Source of the DNA: Auanema rhodensis
Taxonomy: Eukaryota > Animalia > Nematoda
DNA length: 64,000 nt
NCBI GenBank assembly: GCA_964057225.1
Contig: OZ059896.1
Span: 21,018,001 to 21,082,000 of the forward strand
Direction of reading: 5' to 3'
Below the pieces are notes generated by a model. That model saw nothing but the letters and a program-made list of their open reading frames with translations. It had not been told where the DNA came from and searched no databases. A program made the position numbers and the translations under genes. Of this stretch, positions 55,001 to 64,000 are shown piece after piece; the stretch's first letter is position 1, and every line of letters begins with the position of its first letter.

Positions 55001-58000
55001 AGATCGACGCAGCTTAAAAATCCGCATCGAATGCACTATACTACATTGAGAAACGCTTAATACACAAATTAGTTATGATCGTTTGAAAAATGATGCATTA
55101 GTGTATGTTGAGTTTCCATGTACACTCAACATTGCTTCCAAAAACAGTTTGACAAAAATTTTTTCGAAAAATTTCGAAATAATTTAGCAAAAAGTAGATG
55201 TTTTTAGATTTCTTTTTTCAAGGCAAAGACGATGGACCATGTTATTCAACGAAAAAATTAATTCTTCAGGGTGAAAATCGAGGATATAAGTGTGAACATA
55301 TATCAGTTGATATCTCGGTGCATTTTTAAGCTAGCGCAAATCTGATAACACAGATCGACGCAGCTTAAAAATCCGCATGGAATGCACTATACTACATCAA
55401 GAAACGCTTGATACAAAAATTAGTTATGATCGTTTGAAAAATGATGCATTAGTGTATGTTGAGTTTCCATGTACACTCAACATTGCTTCCAAAAACATTT
55501 TGACAAAAATTTTTTCGAAAAATTTCAAAATAATTTAGCAAAAAGTAGATGTTTTTAGATTCCTTTTTTTAAGGCAAAGACGATGGACAATGTTATTCAA
55601 CGAAAAAATTAATTCTTCAGGGTGAAAATCGAGGATATAAGTGTGAACTTATATCAGTTGATATCTCGGTGCATTTTTAAGCTAGCGCAAATCTGATAAC
55701 ACAGATCGACGCAGCTTAAAAATCTGCATCGAATGCACTATACTACATCAAGAAACGCTTGATACAAAAATTAGTTATGATCGTTTGAAAAATGATGCAT
55801 TAGTGTATGTTGAGTTTCCATGTACACTCAACATTGCTTCCAAAAACATTTTGACAAAAATTTTTTCGAAAAATTTCAAAATAATTTAGCAAAAAGTAGA
55901 TGTTTTTAGATTTCTTTTTTCAAGGCAAAGACGATGGACAATGTTATTCAACGAAAAAATTAATTCTTCAGGGTGAAAATCGAGGATATAAGTGTGAACT
56001 TATATCAGTTGATATCTCGGTGCATTTTTAAGCTAGCGCAAATCTGATAACACAGATCGACGCAGCTTAAAAATCTGCATCGAATGCACTATACTACATC
56101 AAGAAACGCTTGATACAAAAATTAGTTATGATCGTTTGAAAAATGATGCATTAGTGTATGTTGAGTTTCCATGTACACTCAACATTGCTTCCAAAAACAT
56201 TTTGACAAAAATTTTTTCGAAAAATTTCAAAATAATTTAGCAAAAAGTAGATGTTTTTAGATTCCATTTTTCAAGGCAAAGACGATAGACAATGTTATTC
56301 AACGAAAAAATTAATTCTTCAGGGTGAAAATCGAGGATATAAGTGTGAACTTATATCAGTTGATATCTCGGTGCATTTTTAAGCTAGCGCAAATCTGATA
56401 ACACAGATCGACGCAGCTTAAAAATCCGCATCGAATGCACTATACTACATTGAGAAACGCTTGATACAAAAATTAGTTATGATCGTTTGAAAAATGATGC
56501 ATTAGTGTATGTTGAGTTTCCATGTACACTCAACATTGCTTCCAAAAACATTTTGACAAAAATTTTTTCGAAAAATTTCAAAATAATTTAGCAAAAAGTA
56601 GATGTTTTTAGATTCCATTTTTCAAGGCAAAGACGATAGACAATGTTATTCAACGAAAAAATTAATTCTTCAGGGTGAAAATCGAGGATATAAGTGTGAA
56701 CTGATATCAGTTGATATCTCGGTGCATTTTTAAGCTAGCGCAAATCTGATAACACAGATCGACGCAGCTTAAAAATCCGCATCGAATGCACTATACTACA
56801 TTGAGAAACGCTTAATACACAAATTAGTTATGATCGTTTGAAAAATGATGCATTAGTGTATGTTGAGTTTCCATGTACACTCAACATTGCTTCCAAAAAC
56901 AGTTTGACAAAAATTTTTTCGAAAAATTTCAAAATAATTTAGCAAAAAGTAGATGTTTTTAGATTTCTTTTTTCAAGGCAAAGACGATGGACAATGTTAT
57001 TCAACGAAAAAATTAATTCTTCAGGGTGAAAATCGAGGATATAAGTGTGAACTTATATCAGTTGATATCTCGGTGCATTTTTAAGCTAGCGCAAATCTGA
57101 TAACACAGATCGACGCAGCTTAAAAATCCGCATCGAATGCACTATACTACATCAAGAAACGCTTGATACAAAAATTAGTTATGATCGTTTGAAAAATGAT
57201 GCATTAGTGTATGTTGAGTTTCCATGTACACTCAACATTGCTTCCAAAAACATTTTGACAAAAATTTTTTCGAAAAATTTCAAAATAATTTAGCAAGAAG
57301 TAGATGTTTTTAGATTTCTTTTTTCAAGGCAAAGACGATGGACAATGTTATTCAACGAAAAAATTAATTCTTCAGGGTGAAAATCGAGGATATAAGTGTG
57401 AACTTATATCAGTTGATATCTCGGTGCATTTCTAAGCTAGCGCAAATCTGATAACACAGATCGACGCAGCTTAAAAATCCGCATCGAATGCACTATACTA
57501 CATTGAGAAACGCTTGATACAAAAATTAGTTATGATCGTTTGAAAAATGATGCATTAGTGTATGTTGAGTTTCCATGTACACTTAACATTGCTTCCAAAA
57601 ACATTTTGACAAAAATTTTTTCGAAAAATTTCAAAATAATTTAGCAAAAAGTAGATGTTTTTAGATTCCATTTTTCAAGGCAAAGACGATAAACAATGTT
57701 ATTCAACGAAAAAATTAATTCTTCAGGGTGAAAATCGAGGATATAAGTGTGAACTTATATCAGTTGATATCTCGGTGCATTTTTAAGCTAGCGCAAATCT
57801 GATAACACAGATCGACGCAGCTTAAAAATCCGCATCGAATGCACTATACTACATTGAGAAACGCTTGATACAAAAATTAGTTATGATCGTTTGAAAAATG
57901 ATGCATTAGTGTATGTTGAGTTTCCATGTACACTCAACATTGCTTCCAAAAACATTTTGACAAAAATTTTTTCGAAAAATTTCAAAATAATTTAGCAAAA

Positions 58001-61000
58001 AGTAGATGTTTTTAGATTCCATTTTTCAAGGCAAAGACGATAGACAATGTTATTCAACGAAAAAATTAATTCTTCAGGGTGAAAATCGAGGATATAAGTG
58101 TGAACTTATATCAGTTGATATCTCGGTGCATTTTTAAGCTAGCGCAAATCTGATAACACAGATCGACGCAGCTTAAAAATCCGCATCGAATGCACTATAC
58201 TACATTGAGAAACGCTTGATACAAAAATTAGTTGATATCGTTTGAAAAATGATGCATTAGTGTATGTTGAGTTTCCATGTACACTCAACATTGCTTCCAA
58301 AAACATTTTGACAAAAATTTTTTCGAAAAATTTCAAAATAATTTAGCAAAAAGTAGATGTTTTTAGATTCCATTTTTCAAGGCAAAGACGATGGACAATG
58401 TTATTCAACGAAAAAATTAATTCTTCAGGGTGAAAATCGAGGATATAAGTGTGAACTTATATCAGTTGATATCTCGGTGCATTTTCAAGCTAGCGCAAAT
58501 CTGATAACACAGATCGACGCAGCTTAAAAATCCGCATCGAATGCACTATACTACATCAAGAAACGCTTGATACAAAAATTAGTTATGATCGTTTGAAAAA
58601 TGATGCATTAGTGTATGTTGAGTTTCCATGTACACTCAACATTGCTTCCAAAAACATTTTGACAAAAATTTTTTCGAAAAATTTCAAAATAATTTAGCAA
58701 AAAGTAGATGTTTTTAGATTTCTTTTTTCAAGGCAAAGACGATGGACAATGTTATTCAACGAAAAAATTAATTCTTCAGGGTGAAAATCGAGGATATAAG
58801 TGTGAACTTATATCAGTTGATATCTCGGTGCATTTTTAAGCTAGCGCAAATCTGATAACACAGATCGACGCAGCTTAAAAATCCGCATCGAATGCACTAT
58901 ACTACATCAAGAAACGCTTGATACAAAAATTAGTTATGATCGTTTGAAAAATGATGCATTAGTGTATGTTGAGTTTCCATGTACACTCAACATTGCTTCC
59001 AAAAACATTTTGACAAAAATTTTTTCGAAAAATTTCAAAATAATTTAGCAAAAAGTAGATGTTTTTAGATTTCTTTTTTCAAGGCAAAGACGATGGACAA
59101 TGTTATTCAACGAAAAAATTAATTCTTCAGGGTGAAAATCGAGGATATAAGTGTGAACTTATATCAGTTGATATCTCGGTGCATTTTTAAGCTAGCGCAA
59201 ATCTGATAACACAGATCGACGCAGCTTAAAAATCCGCATCGAATGCACTATACTACATCAAGAAACGCTTGATACAAAAATTAGTTATGATCGTTTGAAA
59301 AATGATGCATTAGTGTATGTTGAGTTTCCATGTACACTCAACATTGCTTCCAAAAACATTTTGACAAAAATTTTTTCGAAAAATTTCAAAATAATTTAGC
59401 AAGAAGTAGATGTTTTTAGATTTCTTTTTTCAAGGCAAAGACGATGGACAATGTTATTCAACGAAAAAATTTATTCTTCAGGGTGAAAATCGAGGATATA
59501 AGTGTGAACTTATATCAGTTGATATCTCGGTGCATTTCTAAGCTAGCGCAAATCTGATAACACAGATCGACGCAGCTTAAAAATCCGCATCGAATGCACT
59601 ATACTACATTGAGAAACGCTTGATACAAAAATTAGTTATGATCGTTTGAAAAATGATGCATTAGTGTATGTTGAGTTTCCATGTACACTTAACATTGCTT
59701 CCAAAAACATTTTGACAAAAATTTTTTCGAAAAATTTCAAAATAATTTAGCAAAAAGTAGATGTTTTTAGATTCCATTTTTCAAGGCAAAGACGATAAAC
59801 AATGTTATTCAACGAAAAAATTAATTCTTCAGGGTGAAAATCGAGGATATAAGTGTGAACTTATATCAGTTGATATCTCGGTGCATTTTTAAGCTAGCGC
59901 AAATCTGATAACACAGATCGACGCAGCTTAAAAATCCGCATCGAATGCACTATACTACATTGAGAAACGCTTGATACAAAAATTAGTTGATATCGTTTGA
60001 AAAATGATGCATTAGTGTATGTTGAGTTTCCATGTACACTCAACATTGCTTCCAAAAACATTTTGACAAAAATTTTTTCGAAAAATTTCAAAATAATTTA
60101 GCAAAAAGTAGATGTTTTTAGATTCCATTTTTCAAGGCAAAGACGATGGACAATGTTATTCAACGAAAAAATTAATTCTTCAGGGTGAAAATCGAGGATA
60201 TAAGTGTGAACTTATATCAGTTGATATCTCGGTGCATTTTCAAGCTAGCGCAAATCTGATAACACAGATCGACGCAGCTTAAAAATCCGCATCGAATGCA
60301 CTATACTACATCAAGAAACGCTTGATACAAAAATTAGTTATGATCGTTTGAAAAATGATGCATTAGTGTATGTTGAGTTTCCATGTACACTTAACATTGC
60401 TTCCAAAAACATTTTGACAAAAATTTTTTCGAAAAATTTCAAAATAATTTAGCAAAAAGTAGATGTTTTTAGATTCCATTTTTCAAGGCAAAGACGATAA
60501 ACAATGTTATTCAACGAAAAAATTAATTCTTCAGGGTGAAAATCGAGGATATAAGTGTGAACTTATATCAGTTGATATCTCGGTGCATTTTTAAGCTAGC
60601 GCAAATCTGATAACACAGATCGACGCAGCTTAAAAATCCGCATCGAATGCACTATACTACATTGAGAAACGCTTGATACAAAAATTAGTTGATATCGTTT
60701 GAAAAATGATGCATTAGTGTATGTTGAGTTTCCATGTACACTCAACATTGCTTCCAAAAACATTTTGACAAAAATTTTTTCGAAAAATTTCAAAATAATT
60801 TAGCAAAAAGTAGATGTTTTTAGATTCCATTTTTCAAGGCAAAGACGATGGACAATGTTATTCAACGAAAAAATTAATTCTTCAGGGTGAAAATCGAGGA
60901 TATAAGTGTGAACTTATATCAGTTGATATCTCGGTGCATTTTCAAGCTAGCGCAAATCTGATAACACAGATCGACGCAGCTTAAAAATCCGCATCGAATG

Positions 61001-64000
61001 CACTATACTACATCAAGAAACGCTTGATACAAAAATTAGTTATGATCGTTTGAAAAATGATGCATTAGTGTATGTTGAGTTTCCATGTACACTCAACATT
61101 GCTTCCAAAAACATTTTGACAAAAATTTTTTCGAAAAATTTCAAAATAATTTAGCAAAAAGTAGATGTTTTTAGATTTCTTTTTTCAAGGCAAAGACGAT
61201 GGACAATGTTATTCAACGAAAAAATTAATTCTTCAGGGTGAAAATCGAGGATATAAGTGTGAACTTATATCAGTTGATATCTCGGTGCTTTTTTAAGCTA
61301 GCGCAAATCTGATAACACAGATCGACGCAGCTTAAAAATCCGCATCGAATGCACTATACTACATTGAGAAACGCTTAATACACAAATTAGTTATGATCGT
61401 TTGAAAAATGATGCATTAGTGTATGTTGAGTTTCCATGTACACTCAACATTGCTTCCAAAAACATTTTGACAAAAATTTTTTCGAAAAATTTCAAAATAA
61501 TTTAGCAAAAAGTAGATGTTTTTAGATTTTTTTTTTCAAGGCAAAGACGATGGACAATGTTATTCAACGAAAAAATTAATTCTTCAGGGTGAAAATCGAG
61601 GATATAAGTGTGAACTTATATCAGTTGATATCTCGGTGCATTTTTAAGCTAGCGCAAATCTGATAACACAGATCGACGCAGCTTAAAAATCTGCATCGAA
61701 TGCACTATACTACATCAAGAAACGCTTGATACAAAAATTAGTTATGATCGTTTGAAAAATGATGCATTAGTGTATGTTGAGTTTCCATGTACACTCAACA
61801 TTGCTTCCAAAAACAGTTTGACAAAAATTTTTTCGAAATATTTCAGAATAATTTAGCAAAAAGTAGATGTTTTTAGATTCCTTTTTTTAAGGCAAAGACG
61901 ATGGACAATGTTATTCAACGAAAAAATTAATTCTTCAGGGTGAAAATCGAGGATATAAGTGTGAACTTATATCAGTTGATATCTCGGTGCATTTTTAAGC
62001 TAGCGCAAATCTGATAACACAGATCGACGCAGCTTAAAAATCCGCATCGAATGCACTATACTACATCAAGAAACGCTTGATACAAAAATTAGTTATGATC
62101 GTTTGAAAAATGATGCATTAGTGTATGTTGAGTTTCCATGTACACTCAACATTGCTTCCAAAAACATTTTGACAAAAATTTTTTCGAAAAATTTCAAAAT
62201 AATTTAGCAAGAAGTAGATGTTTTTAGATTTCTTTTTTCAAGGCAAAGACGATGGACAATGTTATTCAACGAAAAAATTAATTCTTCAGGGTGAAAATCG
62301 AGGATATAAGTGTGAACTTATATCAGTTGATATCTCGGTGCATTTTTAAGCTAGCGCAAATCTGATAACACAGATCGACGCAGCTTAAAAATCCGCATCG
62401 AATGCACTATACTACATTGAGAAACGCTTGATACAAAAATTAGTTATGATCGTTTGAAAAATGATGCATTAGTGTATGTTGAGTTTCCATGTACACTCAA
62501 CATTGCTTCCAAAAACATTTTGACAAAAATTTTTTCGAAAAATTTCAAAATAATTTAGCAAAAAGTAGATGTTTTTAGATTCCATTTTTCAAGGCAAAGA
62601 CGATAGACAATGTTATTCAACGAAAAAATCAATTCTTCAGGGTGAACATCGAGGATATAAGTGTGAACTTATATCAGTTGATATCTCGGTGCATTTTTAA
62701 GCTAGCGCAAATCTGATAACACAGATCGACGCAGCTTAAAAATCCGCATCGAATGCATTATACTACATTGAGAAACGCTTAATACACAAATTAGTTATGA
62801 TCGTTTGAAAAATGATGCATTAGTGTATGTTGAGTTTCCATGTACACTCAACATTGCTTCCAAAAACATTTTGACAAAAATTTTTTCGAAAAATTTCAAA
62901 ATAATTTAGCAAAAAGTAGATGTTTTTAGATTTCTTTTTTCAAGGCAAAGACGATGGACAATGTTATTCAACGAAAAAATTAATTCTTCAGGGTGAAAAT
63001 CGAGGATATAAGTGTGAACTTATATCAGTTGATATCTCGGTGCATTTTTAAGCTAGCGCAAATCTGATAACACAGATCGACGCAGCTTAAAAATCCGCAT
63101 CGAATGCACTATACTACATTGAGAAACGCTTGATACAAAAATTAGTTATGATCGTTTGAAAAATGATGCATTAGTGTATGTCGAGTTTCCATGTACACTC
63201 AACATTGCTTCCAAAAACATTTTGACAAAAATTTTTTCGAAAAATTTCAAAATAATTTAGCAAAAAGTATATGTTTTTAGATTCCATTTTTCAAGGCAAA
63301 GACGATAGACAATGTTATTCAACGAAAAAATTAATTCTTCAGGGTGAAAATCGAGGATATAAGTGTGAACTTATATCAGTTGATATCTCGGTGCATTTTT
63401 AAGCTAGCGCAAATCTGATAACACAGATCGACGCAGCTTAAAAATCCGCATCGAATGCACTATACTACATTGAGAAACGCTTAATACACAAATTAGTTAT
63501 GATCGTTTGAAAAATGATGCATTAGTGTATGTTGAGTTTCCATGTACACTCAACATTGCTTCCAAAAACATTTTGACAAAAATTTTTTCGAAAAATTTCA
63601 AAATAATTTAGCAAAAAGTAGATGTTTTTAGATTTCTTTTTTCAAGGCAAAGACGATAGACAATGTTATTCAACGAAAAAATTAATTCTTCAGGGTGAAA
63701 ATCGAGGATATAAGTGTGAACTTATATCAGTTGATATCTCGGTGCATTTTTAAGCTAGCGCAAATCTGATAACACAGATCGACGCAGCTTAAAAATCCGC
63801 ATCGAATGCACTATACTACATTGAGAAACGCTTAATACACAAATTAGTTATGATCGTTTGAAAAATGATGCATTAGTGTATGTTGAGTTTCCATGTACAC
63901 TCAACATTGCTTCCAAAAACATTTTGACAAAAATTTTTTCGAAAAATTTCAAAATAATTTAGCAAAAAGTAGATGTTTTTAGATTTCTTTTTTCAAGGCA

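Larger units (their letters stand above)
1..64000. repeat. Tandem satellite DNA array, 351-bp monomer, ~182 copies, running off both window edges
   Basis: The motif ATTTCAAAATAATTTAGC recurs at 1, 352, 703 ... 3511, then 3863 (+1), 7022, 8427 (+1), 14043, 21063, 28083, 31944, 32356 (+61) ... 63946. The period is constant and no unique sequence lies between units. Each monomer has an NheI site (GCTAGC) and a BsrGI site (TGTACA, lost in monomer 3). Confidence 0.99.

Noticed and set aside
58139-60793. Three identical 65-aa minus-strand ORFs
   Set aside because: They are a by-product of the GTTGATATC variant removing a stop, copied by array duplication.
1-64000. CRISPR array or other repeat-spacer system
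   Set aside because: There are no unique spacers (the whole unit repeats) and no cas or other genes.

Overview
The whole 64 kb window is one head-to-tail array of a 351-bp satellite monomer (about 31% GC by hand count). It holds 182 complete copies plus a 55-bp partial copy, all in one orientation and differing from one another at only a few positions. It looks like a eukaryotic centromeric or heterochromatic satellite; I cannot name the organism or family. I see no genes, RNA genes, transposon insertions or CRISPR spacers, and the five listed ORFs are chance read-throughs in variant monomers. The register shifts only three times: +1 near 3531-3541, +1 near 8281, and +61 in monomer 92 (31944-32355). 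Monomer 92 carries two adjacent perfect tandem duplications (28 bp and 33 bp) that bracket an apparent haplotype switch. Other notable points are several inverted repeats in the monomer, variants that look templated, and local higher-order repeats (5-mer, 4-mer, dimer, multi-kb blocks) that change along the array. Monomer numbers count from position 1. All typing was done by eye.
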